From assembly GCA_021613535.1 (NCBI GenBank), contig CP075495.1:15996001-16060000 (forward strand): a stretch of 64,000 nt of DNA, given 5' to 3'. The notes beneath the pieces were generated by a model that was not told the DNA's origin, searched no databases, and saw only the letters and a program-made list of their open reading frames with translations. The translations under genes and the position numbers were made by a program. Origin of the DNA: Adineta vaga (lineage: Eukaryota > Animalia > Rotifera). Positions 26,731 through 39,819 of this stretch are shown piece after piece (position 1 is the stretch's first letter; the number at the start of each line of letters is the position of its first letter).

Positions 26731-27974
26731 TATATGTAAATGTTCTTTTACTCTGTTATGTCATTCTCTTTTGTCTTCTAGTTTTTTTTCTATTTTCGCT
26801 TTTTTTGTTTTTTATATTAACATGTAATGCTAGGATCTAACGATCATAGTTTTCTCTGCATAATAAAAATGAAGGTTAATGATAATGAAAAAGTTTGTAT
26901 GTTTCTTTCGGGCAAAAAAAGATTAGGTTTTTGATACTTTATCTAACCAAACAACTTTAAATTTTTCGATACGTACAGGTTGTCGAGTTCGAGGAGTTCT
27001 ATTAGACTGGAATCAAAGAAGAAAGAATAGGAGTTATATGTCTCGACAGAGTAACCGATGCTCTATTCAAGCATATAAAATACATTTTTTGAAAGTTGGC
27101 TAAAACAGAGCAGACTAAAGAAAAATGAGCAAAAGTAAGTGAATCAACCTGCATATCAATGCTTTTTCTGTACTTCTTGTTTCATTTCAAATAAGTTATA
27201 AAAGACAATTTGATTAAAACAGATATCTAACTTATATATATACATAAGCCAATCTAGTTAATTGGTTTAATTACATAAACTAATAATCAGACGTCCTATG
27301 TTCTAATGTTACTCGTAGCACAATTTATCTGTATGTATAATAATCAATCAATTGTCTCACTCATTGCCTTATGGAAGGGAGATGATCATCATGCGAACGT
27401 GATGATGACGCAGGTTAAGTCTGCAGAAACAGAAGAAGTTTTTGCAAAAACTCAAACACGTTTGGATGCGTTCTAAAATGAAACGCGTTTAGAGTGCAAA
27501 CATTTTTCACAAGGTTTGTCAAATTGAACATACATCAACTTTGTCTTTCTTCAATTAGTAACATAAACAGAACAAATCTATGAAAAAAATGATCGAAACT
27601 AGTTTCATTTGTAAGAGAAAACATTAGATCGAAATGAGTTAATCTTTAAAGAATATACGATTCATGAATTATACGAAGAGATAATATAATGGAATTTACT
27701 TCTAAGAAAATCTTGACAGTGTGAGTATGGGTGTGGATTTACATCTTATGCCTACCCACCCACACTATCATGGAACAATGGACGTCGTGATAGACTACTA
27801 TGAATCAAAAAAGCAGTGCTGACCCAATAACCTTGTGCACGTACAATTATACTATTTTTACTGAAAAAGGTTTATTTAAAGCTCAAAATACTTTAACATT
27901 GATTGGAAAAATAAAATATAGGTGTTTTTATGAATTATTTACTGAACTTTCCTATTATCTATGATAGCAAAAAT

Positions 27975-30275
27975 GGTGACCGCTCATTTTGTCAGATGAC
28001 AATTCGTCCCTTACATTTCGTCCGCCACGATTAGTCCTAACTACTTTTCGTCCGTTTTTATTTCGTCTTTTTACAGTTCGTCTTAACTACAACTCGTCTT
28101 AATTATATGTCGTCTTCTTACATTTTGTCCGCTTACAATTGATCTTAATTTTATCTTGTCCTCTTACATTTCGTCTTAGTTTTGTTTTATTCCTTTAAAT
28201 TTTATTTCATAAACTGAGCGAGGTCAATTTCTACATTTACTTGAAAATAAGTACTGTGTACATACAAATACGTCCAAGAGTTGTATGTGGTGAATCATCG
28301 CTGTTTTAAAAGGCCAATGGAGAGGAAATATATATTATCTATCCTCTCTATATGTACGCATCGATATTATTTCTCTGTCGTTTATTCACTTGCACTACTA
28401 ATTCTTACCATCTCGACAAATTTCCACCACAGCCGAAAAATGAATACAATTGAAGTATTTCAGAGCTCTCGAAGAAAACCGAAAATCTATTTTTCTGGAT
28501 TTTTTTACACTCAATGTGATTCATCAGATAAAAAACGTATATTTCGTTGTGAAAATCGCAACTGTCGAAGTAAGAATTAATCATCGAGTGTAAGCTTTAA
28601 TTTCGTATATTTATTTTTTGGTCGTTGTCATACAAATGTTCAAATGGACGCCTTTATGAAAGAACCATCTGAACATACACATGCACCTGATCCAGATCGA
28701 ATTCACATCCTTCGACTTAAAAATGAAATAAAAGGTCGTAGTGCATCATCGGATGAAACAACCAGCACAATATTATTTGATGCATTACGAACAGTTCCAT
28801 TAAATGTAGTTGCTGGTTTACCTACGAATGATGCATTGATGCAAACAATTCGTCGTGAACGTCCAGCAATACAACTTGATGAAAATGGTCATTTACCCCT
28901 TATATTCCGTCAAACTGATCGTGGTGAAAACTTCGTCTTATACGAAGATGATTCTATGGTTATATTTACATGTGATAAAAATCTATCCGTTTTAAATCAA
29001 TGTGCACATTGGTTTATGGACGGAACGTTTAGCGTCTGTATACGTTTTCAGTTTTTCTTTAAATAATATGAACTTATTTAGATTTGTCCAAAAAGTTTTT
29101 ACCAATTATTTACTATACATGGAATGTATTCACTTCAAATTATTCCTCTTGTATATGTTTTACTGATTGGAAAAGCTACCGATGATTATGATAAATTATT
29201 CGAACAACTATTGTTGCACTATGACTATGAACCTGAATCTATTCTAGTTGATTTCGAAAGTGCCACACTAAAATCGACTAAATCAATATTTCCACAAGCT
29301 GCTCAAGTAGGCAAGTTCTTATACAAATGTTTGGTCGATTAAAGTTTACTTCTGTTATAAAATAGGTTGTCTGTTTCATTTTGGACAATGTTTGTGGCGA
29401 GAAATCCAGCTATTAGGTCTACAAAACAAGTATACTATTAATGAGAAATTTAGAATGAATGTTAAAAGACCAATGGCGCTCGCATTTTTACCTGTACCGG
29501 ATGTTACTAAAGGTTATTCAACAATTGTTGATGATTTTGATGAAGAAGATTATGCTTTACTTGATTATTTTGAAAGGGTATGGGTAGGACAAAAAAAAGG
29601 ACGAGGTTCGTAGTCACTTAATTGTATCTATTTGATGTATTTAATGATATGTAACGTTTATTCAGGTACTCAACGTAGCAAACCCAGATTCAGCTTGCAT
29701 CTATGGAATACGTACGAGCGAGTTATGTACGATTTGCCAAGATCCAACAACGCAGTTGAAGGATGGAACAATGCTTTTAATAATCGGGTATCGATTAAAC
29801 ATCCTTCAATCACAAAACTTGCTAAATGTATTATACGTGAACAATCTCGATTCGAGATTGACATTGAACGACTTCGTGCAGGTGAACAACCAAGGAAAAA
29901 GAAGAAAGTTTACGCGGACTTTGATGCTCGATTAAAACGAATTGTCACGTCTTACAACGTCGACAATATCGAAGAATATCTATATCGAATCGCAATGAAC
30001 TTAAAAATCAAAAATTAATTCTTTTTAAAATAAATTTTCATATTCTATCATAAAATGAACAAAATAAAATTGAGACGAAATGTAAGAGGACAAGATAAAA
30101 TTAAGATCAATTGTAAGCGGACAAAATGTAAGAAGACGACATATAATTAAGACGAGTTGTAGTTAAGACGAACTGTAAAAAGACGAAATAAAAACGGACG
30201 AAAAGTAAGAAATACGTATTGTAAGAGGACGAAATGTAAGGAGATGTAATGTAAGGGACGAAAAGTAGGGGTACC
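27975..30275 (+). mobile_element. Full-length Mutator-like (MULE) DNA transposon, 2301 bp
   Basis: Perfect 9-bp TSD AGCAAAAAT (27966-27974, 30276-30284). Long TIRs are built from ~15-bp subrepeats (TTACATTTCGTCC-like), with ~135 bp that appear perfectly inverted (28042-28176 vs 30073-30207). Confidence 0.95.
28440..30018 (+). CDS. MULE DDE transposase with N-terminal FLYWCH-like finger; 5 exons (28440-28569, 28621-29033, 29082-29310, 29366-29605, 29666-30018)
   Basis: FRCENRNCR.RCH...HTH finger. Catalytic WFMDGTF, LVDFE, GCLFHFGQ and SNNAVEGWNN motifs. Introns are 48-60 nt. The intron 1 acceptor reads TG instead of AG, and intron 3 has a GC donor. Confidence 0.85.
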
Positions 30276-30397
30276 AGCAAAAATAAGTTCTCACTGACTA
30301 AAAGATATTGATCTTGTAAGAAAACTTGTGTACTGTTTATTCGTTTTAAATTACGGTTCAATTAATGGTATGTCTAAAGAAAGTATGAGTCTGCAAA

Positions 30398-31555
30398 TTA
30401 CAAAACTGATGTGTGAAAATTAGTCAACTTTAACGACATGACTGCTTCGTTCTTTTCTTTTCTCGCAGATGCCATTTTCTCCATCATCTCCTTGATGAAC
30501 TCCGGCATACGCTGACGTAAGTCTTTACCAATCATGTCCAACTTATCGGCTATCGTTTCAGATTTGCAAGCCATCTGAAAGGCACACTTGCAGATAATAT
30601 GGTCACCGTTCCGCTCAACAGCATTCTTAAAAACGTCGATAAATTCGCCCAGTTTTCCACTTTCAGCGAGCTTCTCGAGTCCGGCCTTATTTTCGTCTGT
30701 AAAATCGTGAGCAATGAAGCTTAGTAAGCGAAGGGTATGTTGCTGATCCTTGTCAAGATTTTCCCACACTTTTCGATTCTTCAGTGACTCCCACTTGCTG
30801 TCTTTCATTGTTGGAAATTTAACTGGCGCACCAAAATGAACAGTTATGACCCAACCACCATGCTCCTGTACGTTTTTCTTTATATACCAGGGAACATTAT
30901 CCAATATCCCAGTAAAAGGCCGCGCAAGCGTAGCCATCTGCGCCGGTACACCATCACTCGTATCATTGCTTTGATGAATTGAAAACATCAGACCTTGTTT
31001 ATCAAGTGCAGACCATATTTTTGCAATCGCTGTTTGTAGTCCTTGCCCGATTGCTTTTAAATCGTTCTTGCTTGGGCCCAGAGCATCGCGTACATGATAA
31101 CCACTGTGCGACCAGTGTATTATATCGGCCTGTATTGGGAACGGTATAATCATGTCTACACCAGAATAAAGGTCACATTCCACACCAACTGGATCGTTGC
31201 AAAGTTTCAAAATGTTTCCTGCTGCTTTGATTTTACGCTTTGTTGCTTCTATGTAACACTCGCCGCTGTCTTTGCAAACGCCTTCGGGAATATCAGTGCA
31301 GAAATATTTTATACCGCTAGATACGTATTTCGAGATCGAACATATCCAGGTAGTACTATAGTCTCCACGACCGCAACTAACATCAAGGATATTCGTAGGA
31401 CTATCATGTTTGATACCTATGTCTTCCCGACAGAAATGCTTAAAGGATTCGCGCAATAAAATGGTCTGCATATGTTTTTGACCGTTCATACTCGGAATTA
31501 GAAATGTCTCGAAACATACATCATAATCTCGTAGTTGATCTATAAACTTCTTCAT
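30398..31555 (-). CDS. Class I SAM-dependent methyltransferase, substrate unknown, intronless CDS, ~385 aa from ATG 31555
   Basis: Uninterrupted ORF (open to 31621). Motif I ILDVSCGRGD, post-I acidic motif YFCTD, and motif II-like ADIIHWSHSGYH. A TATAAATA at 31661-31654 and a pyrimidine-AG acceptor at 31590 lie upstream. Confidence 0.75.
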   Translation of the reverse strand: MKKFIDQLRDYDVCFETFLIPSMNGQKHMQTILLRESFKHFCREDIGIKHDSPTNILDVSCGRGDYSTTWICSISKYVSSGIKYFCTDIPEGVCKDSGECYIEATKRKIKAAGNILKLCNDPVGVECDLYSGVDMIIPFPIQADIIHWSHSGYHVRDALGPSKNDLKAIGQGLQTAIAKIWSALDKQGLMFSIHQSNDTSDGVPAQMATLARPFTGILDNVPWYIKKNVQEHGGWVITVHFGAPVKFPTMKDSKWESLKNRKVWENLDKDQQHTLRLLSFIAHDFTDENKAGLEKLAESGKLGEFIDVFKNAVERNGDHIICKCAFQMACKSETIADKLDMIGKDLRQRMPEFIKEMMEKMASARKEKNEAVMSLKLTNFHTSVL

Positions 31556-32525
31556 ATTATATTTAAATAATAGAGTTGAAGACCACCACCTAAAACAGAA
31601 AGACAATTTAAAATATATCATCTATTCACAATCATCTTGGTAAACGAGCTCTGTATTTATATGAAAGGTTTCGTAAGATTTGAGTTACGCATTAATGTGC
31701 CAAAAAACTACATACACTAGAAAGATCTATCCTGTCTGTCTATCAAATTGGCTTCGTATCATATTTCAGACCTGAAAACCACCGTAACTTGATACTGTTA
31801 AATTATATCATGTGAATCGTAGTTAAAAGGCTCCGCATAATTAGTTTGGCATTCATATATTTCTTCTTACAATACAATGCCGCTTTATCATAAGTCTTCA
31901 AGAAAAATGCGCAGCATTATCGAGGTTTCTTAGAAATTCAGGGTACTTGTAATCACTCTCTTTCGTAACGAAGACGCTTAAAAAAATTAATATTTTGCTT
32001 GATTTCTTTATGTGTCCATACTTCACCGCTTCGCCGAATAATCATGTGAAAATAGCAGGTTCTTTGCTTCAAAACCTGATCAAAAGTAATCGACAGTGGA
32101 AGCTCAAATCTGCGCCTAATCTGAACTAATTCAGCGCTACCTAATTCTTCATTGACTATTAACTTATAATGTTTAGTATAAAATATCTCGAAAGGTAATT
32201 CGAGGCGGAGAGTTCGAACTAGAGGATGCATTCAAGTAAATATCTATTAGATGGTTATTAATTAATTAATAAACAGTTTACGATATTTCTCTAAGAACTT
32301 GATCAATGGCAATTGAGGATAGGAACATCAAATGTACCCAGAATTTTAATTATTTAATTGCCAGTTATTAACGGAAAGTCGAATAAATTGACGGTAGGAC
32401 TGGACGAAATTTAACAAGAAAGAGATCCTCAAATCTACTGTGAGGTTTAGTTAATTAGTTAGTCACTAATTACAGTAAGTAATATTTTCAGTAGAATTCC
32501 ACCAAAGATAATCCTAGATGTAGAA

Positions 32526-33043
32526 CACTCTGAAAAGAATAAAATAATACGACCGCATGCATGGAAAAGGTTTCGTAATTATCCAAAAGCTTCCAAATGC
32601 TTCAATAGATTCAAAGAAAAGGTTTTCAAAATCTACGAAATCTAAAAAGGATCTGACCAGGGGTACACGCTACGAACCATCTCTGACTAAATCTCTTTTT
32701 AGGTTTAGTGCAACGAAAAATGAATTAGTCTGAAAATTCGATACTTATATGGATTCATAGTAGACATTTCGATTTCGTATAAAACTATCTGGAGGAACCA
32801 AAAGTTGTAATAGAGAAACATGTAAGTATCGAATTTTTAGACTAATTCATTTTTCGTTGCACTAAACCTAAAAAGAGGTTTAGTCAGAGATGGTTCGTAG
32901 CGTGTACCCCTGGTCAGATCCTTTTTAGATTTCGTAGATTTTGAAAACCTTTTCTTTGAATCTGTTGAAGCATTTGGAAGCTTTTGGATAATTACGAAAC
33001 CTTTCCATGGGTGCGGTCGTATTATTTTATTCTTTTTAGAGTG
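32526..33043. mobile_element. Young foldback MITE with CAC termini and ~225-bp arms
   Basis: CACTCTGAAAAGAATAAAATAATACGACCGCA...GATACTTA inverted at 32823-33043. Flanks TAGAA / TAGAT. Confidence 0.9.
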
Positions 33044-34882
33044 TAGATACGTGTGGTTGGCAGCATTAAAAAAGGGACGTACCTACAAAAATGTGTGCAG
33101 TTTGAGTAGCGTGACGACTGCGCAATCAGATGAATCTTTGCTACACATTTTTATAGACCCCGAGTGTTGAGTGGGTGTGAGTGATTTCGTCGTCTATAGC
33201 GTCACTCACATCTTCATAGATAGGGCCTTAGTGTCCCAGATGCGCATCCTGGTTTTGATTGGAAAATTTTATGCCACAAAATCAGAAATTTGACATAAGT
33301 ACTACTATGTACTTCATTTTAGGACGGCAAATATCTGTTTATGACACTAGCAATAAACAATCAATGTACTTGTTGGATGCGTCACGAGAAGGGCTACAAA
33401 ACGGTACTACTAAAAGTCTCATTCTTTCCTACTATCCTGACAAAACAGAAAGTATTTAAGGAAGGGTCCACGACAGAGAAATTCAACTCTATGCATATCA
33501 CGTCGAGAAATTTTTTTTGTCGATTTTATTCTCTAAAACAAATATCTAATAGAACCATAGAAAAATCCCAAATATTAGGCTTCTATTTCTTTCATATGAG
33601 AAACATCAGTTAACACAAGTTTTTGTGATTATTTTTAGATATTCAAAATCAGTGCTTTTAGAGTATCTGAGTATTTTTTGATTATTTCAAGGTCGGCTTG
33701 ACCATTCGAGCTTGGGGACATTTCATTGGATAGAATGCATAACAGGCTGTAAACCGACTGTATTTAAATAATAATGATGTACAATTCAAAAAGTGCTAGA
33801 GGTCAAACATGCATTAAAATGGAGAGAAATGGATTCAATGTTAAGTGATATTTTGGACTGCTCTCGCGCTGTGTAAATGATCCTACGCTGAATTTTTTAC
33901 TAGAGATACATAACATCAAGGCACATATTATCTTCTCCGATCATCCCAGTCTCAAACACCTGAAATACTAGTTAGCATCGAGCACACTATAAGTGACTGA
34001 CAAACCAAGCATCAAAACGATCCCTATATGATATCAATAAGTTTCTCAAATAAAGAAATAGACATGTGATTCAGAATCAGCACGTAAAACTGCACGAGAA
34101 AAGGATTTTAAAATGTTATTTTTCGCGAATCTGAGGTGATGAAGATGCTGGGTCTCACGCATGACTAAACGAGAAGCGCATCAAACGATGTTTCAACAAA
34201 TAGTGTTGAATCATGCCAGTTGTGAACGTCGGTTTCGTGCCAATGGAAAGCCGAGCAAAAGAGCCCACAAAATCACCTATTTCCAAATGTTCAACCATTG
34301 TTGTGATGATGTCAACAGGTTCTGATCGATTGTTTAGAACCACCACACTACGACATTTGGGTCCATTATTGTACCAATTATGTTCGGAACGCGAAAGTTT
34401 AGAGTGAAATCGATATCATTTTCAAAATCAGGATGGAAAACTAAGTCGATTCATATAGTTTTGCCTCATTTCACAGACCTTAAGTTTTCCATCGAAAATC
34501 TAGCCCATACCCTGTCCCTCAGAGGTACTCGAAAAACCAAACGTAGGGCACTTATTTCGAGGAAAATATATGCTTTACTATGATTATCGGATAGATAATG
34601 GCTCCAATTGTTAGCAAAATGTCAGTAGTGGTCAATCGGCCCACCTATTTTCGTAATCATCGTGGCGTTCGAAATTTAGGTAATACGTGATTTCATAGCT
34701 AATCAGCTGGGTTCTCTTACGAAACCACGCGAAGATCTATACCTCTTTCAATTTCGCAACTGAAATACGGTTAAAGTCTTGTCAACCCATTATTTAGCGC
34801 ATACAGTCAAGAATGTCCTATCTAAAATGTCCTTTCCGTAAAAAATTGAAAAATATTAATTAAAGATATTAGAGTGTGTGGG

Positions 34883-34926
34883 TGGGTGTGGGTGTTAGTA
34901 TTACATTCATCTAACACCCACACCCA
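34883..34926. repeat. Perfect 16-bp inverted repeat of telomere-like hexamers with a 12-nt loop; best example of a dispersed family
   Basis: TGGGTGTGGGTGTTAG (34883-34898), loop TATTACATTCAT, then CTAACACCCACACCCA (34911-34926). Confidence 0.9.
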
Positions 34927-35124
34927 AAACAGTTCCCTGGTCACCCTTAGGGTTCAGTCAAAATCGAATTTAGGATAAAATACAAATTCAATCGTAGAAA
35001 ATAAAATAAAACCGATTTGGATTTTATCAGCAATATAAATTAAGCTCAATTAAACAAAAGGAAACCTGTTTCAATGAGAAACAATCTTTGGTTTAACCCT
35101 GAAGGAGACCAGGGAACTGTTTTT
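34927..35124. mobile_element. Small MITE
   Basis: AAAACAGTTCCCTGGTCACCCTTAGGGTT inverts AACCCTGAAGGAGACCAGGGAACTGTTTT. Confidence 0.75.
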
Positions 35125-35844
35125 GTACTAAAACAAAATGCCGATAATTTTACTTAAAACCTAATCAGGTCGACTCAGTTTTTTTCGCTGATTTCATATT
35201 TACCATTAACTTATGATACTTGTACGATACATTCAGTTGAAAGCTGTCAAAACTTGTTAAAAATGTAGGAAATATGGTATAAAAAATAGTACGATCAACC
35301 ATCTTTCAAGTGGCCAATCTCATAGTCGTAGACTATGACATGCTTTACAAAGTTTGAAGATCTATATATGACACTGCTCTGTTAAAAAATTCAGAGACAT
35401 ATTTGCTTTTCTCGAGATAATGTGCAAACACTAAGTTATCAAGCATCATATGAGGCTGTAAAGAGGCAATAATTCGAGAAACTATTTTTGTCACTCAGTT
35501 ATATTACTACAGAATCTGAAGAATCTTAAATTATTGTGTATATTGGCATTGTTCTTTGAATTTTTAGTGAAAGTTCGATCGATATTTCTCGAAGATATGC
35601 ATGTACAAGTCGGATATTGAATAAGAAAAATCATGGAAATTGCACCAAAACGTTATACCATACAGGATCATGATCGCTGCTAAAAATGTACGTCAGAAAT
35701 AATAAAAATCATTGTAGAGTGTTTTCCGAATCGAAATCTGGCGATTTGTATAGTTTCTAAAAGTTTCTGGCCGAAAAAAAGCGAGTGGGTCGATTTCCCG
35801 CCTTAAAGGCTTCAGTTCTTTGCAATTATCGTACTGATTCAATG

Positions 35845-36290
35845 TACACTCACTGGAGTTATTCGTTCTATCAGGAATATCAAATACGTTCCACATCGAA
35901 GTTGGTTGTAACCGGTAGTTCTTGAAGTGCGTGAATAATGGAGTTAATTGATCACGTTCATATTCACTTGAACCATTTCGAAGATCATCGTATAATATCG
36001 AAACTAATTTTCTAGGTACTGAAGCTAGTGCTATCATTCGACGAGTAATATTACAAATCACTATTTTATCCAAATAAACGGATGCTAGACCGCATGATTG
36101 AGCATTTCTATAAATCGATTTTGTAAAGTGAAAAAGACACCTACTTTGCATAGTATTCTCGATAAACTAGAGAAATAGATCGATTTTAAAAAGAACTACT
36201 GAATATTCCGTTAATCATGACGTATTATACCTTAAGATCAATCGCTTTTGCTAGACCGGGTTTAAAGTCCATCGTAATTGATGTGGGACC
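35845..36290 (-). pseudogene. MULE transposase remnant
   Basis: ORF 35693..36151 contains CLFHFTKSIYR, MIALA and WNVF...RTNNSSE, the MULE CxxH and TNNxxE motifs. Decayed upstream. Confidence 0.75.
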
Positions 36291-37382
36291 AAATTTCTTA
36301 TTCAATCGTTGTGCTTTATGATATAATACACTGAATAGATGAACATAGGTCGTTGCTTGAGGGTGAGTGTGGGTGTTGGATAGCTAAAATATTCACAACC
36401 ACACCCACACTCATCAAAATCTGATAAGTCGATGGAGCACAGTGTGTCCTGGTTTTCGTTTATTGATTCATGAAATTTAGGCATGCAACAATGATGGCGG
36501 GCCACCGCTCTCATCATCATCATAGATCCACCGCTCGCCGGTTCGTCAATTCATTTATGTTATCTAGCAACTATCCAAGTAGTGCTTAAAATCCTTCATA
36601 TACACACTTTCGAAATATTCGTTTGGTTTTATATCGAGAAAAGAAAGATATTACTTATATGAACTATTGAATACTTGAAATTAATTATATTTGAAAGCAT
36701 TATTGTGATTGCTTTTCTAGGCTCTTTTTTTCGTGTTATAAAGCATTTCTAAAGAAATTTTCACTGATGTGTTGTACTATCAAATTAATATTTATTTTTT
36801 TTGTTTTGTTAATATTTTCATCTTGTAAAAGTTTATTATTTTGGTGTGACTAGTTTTATTTTTTGGTGATGATTTCTTTCTTGCTACTCTGAATAAACAG
36901 TATGATAATGTGTCTCTTGTCTTTCAGGTCGCGTAAAGTAAACCAAAGTGATGTTCATAAGTCCATGTTTTACAAATATATGCGTATAAATCGCAGAAAA
37001 TCATAATTTTTTATTATTCTTATTGGCATAAGTTTTCTCAGAATTTCCCCGATATTCAACATTTGGGTCATTTCTCGGAGTTGAATTTCTCTTGTGATAA
37101 CTCAAGTCATCGCCTGAGACAACTCGAGTGTTAAATTCTGTTTTGCCGATATTTCGAATGATTGTGGACTTCGGTCAATTCAATAGATAAATATTATTTG
37201 TTTACTAGGCAGGCTGGCTTGAGGTAATGAAAAATGATTAGGTCCCGTTTGATGGGTTTATTTGCGACAAGAATGTGCAGTTTTTATAGAAAGAAGAATA
37301 TTTTTTATTGTTTTTTCTGTGTGAAACGGACCACGTTTCTTTGGTTAGCGCGTTTCGTTAGCTTCACGCGACCGTTGGCTCA

Positions 37383-37431
<49 letters not shown>
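37383..37431 (+). repeat. (ATG/GAT)n microsatellite, ~16 units
   Basis: Seen directly; it explains the spurious poly-His ORF on the minus strand. Confidence 0.95.
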
Positions 37432-37432
<1 letters not shown>

Positions 37433-38595
37433 GATGGTTAGTGGCATCGTTTACATACGTGTATATGACTGATTGTCTAAATCGAATAAAAATCTTTGTT
37501 TGGTTTAGATCCATATACCCAGGGTTATGTGAAAACTTTTGTTTCTTGTTTTTCATTTGAATTCGAAAAGATCTCAAAGCCTAATTGTTTTAATACAATC
37601 TTTCTTATCTTGCTTTTTATATAACAAAAAATGAAAATTGTACAAGCGTAGAGAAAAAAAAGCTGTCAAAGGAGATAGTATAAATACCAGATTCACTCAG
37701 TGTTTTGGTGAAATATAATACACAGGTTTGTCGTTACACTTAAAATCTCGCTACTACTTTCACTAACTTAATTTCACGCTGAAAAAGAAATTGGCTTTTT
37801 TACGAAACCCATGCGAACATTTTGTAGATATGGGAAAGCTTCAGAATGGACTGAAATGTACGGAATACTGCAGGTTCTTATGCTGTATTCAGGCGAGGAA
37901 CGATTTGCCACGAAACCTTTTTAAGTTTGATAGAGTCAAGAAAAAGGTTCTACAGATTTTAAAAATCATTTTTTTCAGCTGTTCAACACACTACGGAGCT
38001 AGAGGCGTAGGGGGCTGTGGGTGCACATTTTTCTGGACTCGGATCCGGTCGGGTCTAAATCCGGCCTTTTTTACAATCTACAGAAGCCACTGAGTGTAAG
38101 ACATGCAAAGAATCGAAGGCGTAACTAGTTTTAATTGGTTATCAGCACAAAAAAGTCGGTGCAAAAGTCTTGTTGCTCATTTATATTATATCAATAATCA
38201 TTACCGATTGAATCGACGCATCAGAAATTGAATTTTTTCGCCTAATTTAAAGAAGTCCCTAGGCAGTTGCGGGTCCATTTTTTTAGACTCATATCCGGAC
38301 AGGTTTGAGTTAGGATCCACTTGCAGCGCCCTAGCCCTGATATATGCGGACGTAGCCTATTTATGACTTTATTAGATTCTTTCATATTAAAAAATTTTAG
38401 ATCATCGCTAAATTATACATAGTGCGATAGAGCTTTGAAAGCTCTACAAGTTTTTGCTACTTGATTGTGATTTTTTTGTGGGGAAGACACCCACCCGAAA
38501 GTAAATAATGCTATAGAACGCCAAAAATGGATGTTTTTCCTCTTACTTGATCGATTTCGGTCATCATTAGTATCTTTTATACCAAAACTAAAAGC

Positions 38596-38780
38596 ATATT
38601 CGAAATCAGCACAAAAGCTGACTTAAACCATGTATGATTCAAAGATCTGCAGCGACTGTCATTTTTCGACCCTAACCTCACTCGTGTTTCCCCTCAGGGA
38701 TGGCACTGAAAAATGACAGTCGCTGCACATCTTTGAAACAAACATAGTTCAGGTCAGTCTTTTGTGCTGATTTCGAATAT
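38596..38780. repeat. Hairpin / foldback fragment
   Basis: ATATTCGAAATCAGCACAAAAG...GCAGCGACTGTCATTTTTC inverts GAAAAATGACAGTCGCTGC...CTTTTGTGCTGATTTCGAATAT. Confidence 0.7.
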
Positions 38781-39819
38781 GGGGTATTCCATGGGATTTC
38801 GATCGCTTTATACGCAAATATCTCTGAATTGTGTGAAACTGTCAGCATTTGTAGACCATATTGAGTTATAAAAAATTCCCAAATGAATCCTTTTATAACC
38901 AAACATTGAAAAGAATGCATTAAGATGGGCGATCAAATATCAATTCCATGACAGCTCATAATGGATTTCGCGTAAAGAACAGTTCAAACCGGGTATGGTC
39001 TGATGCACCGTTTCACGGGGAATCTAAATATGGTCTTGATATTGATGACAAAAATGAGGGAAAACTATTTATCGCCATTTTCTCACAGAAAATCATTTAG
39101 AAAAAGTAGCACTTTTCTGATATCTGAAGTATTTAAAGACTATTTCTGCAAAAGTAAAAGATATTTGTAAACATTTTTATATCAAAATATTCAGAATTGA
39201 AAGCTCTACAAACCATGCAAATTTCGTCTAAGTTAATAAAAAATTTCATATATAAGGATGACCTGTGCTGAATACTTTTGACTGAAGGAATCACAAAAAA
39301 TCATTGTTTCTTGAAAATGTTTTTAGGTTTAAAAAAGCGAGAAATCTAGTATAATCTATCTTGTAGAGAATTTAAATTTCTACAAAATCCTATATATGAT
39401 AATATTTGGGAATAAAAGTTTCTGATAATTTTTTCCATTACAAGAATATACCCTAAAATATGGCCGATGAGCTAGATACGTGAAAGTATAGTATGGTCCA
39501 AATTCTGACAAAACCTCGATATTTTTTAACCAAAATGTAGCTTAATTGAGGAGTTTTCAGAATATATACGATAGTTGATACTTTGCTGTTACAGTTGAAA
39601 AGATTTTATAACGGTAAGATTTTCGAAAAAAATCGGATTTTTCGATTTCACTGGAAAAGTCCGACAAATGTTATGATCAATATATGTATATTTACCAGCA
39701 AATTTGGAGAAACTAATTTGGGGATTTTTTATAACTCAATATGATCTACAAATGCTGAGCGTTTCACACAATTCGGAGATGTTTGCGTATAAAGCGGTTG
39801 AAATCCCATGGAATACCCC
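38781..39819. mobile_element. Non-autonomous TIR element with GGGG termini, ~105-bp TIRs and 4-bp TSD ATAT
   Basis: ATAT|GGGGTATTCCATGGGATTTC...GAAATCCCATGGAATACCCC|ATAT. Confidence 0.85.

Noticed and set aside
31094-31459. 121-aa plus-strand ORF
   Set aside because: Antisense shadow of the methyltransferase CDS.
34155-34407. Short overlapping ORFs with higher GC
   Set aside because: No motif or splice structure; probably an internal fragment of an unidentified element.
37380-37577. Poly-His ORF on the minus strand
   Set aside because: It is a translation of a (GAT)n microsatellite with no other coding signal.
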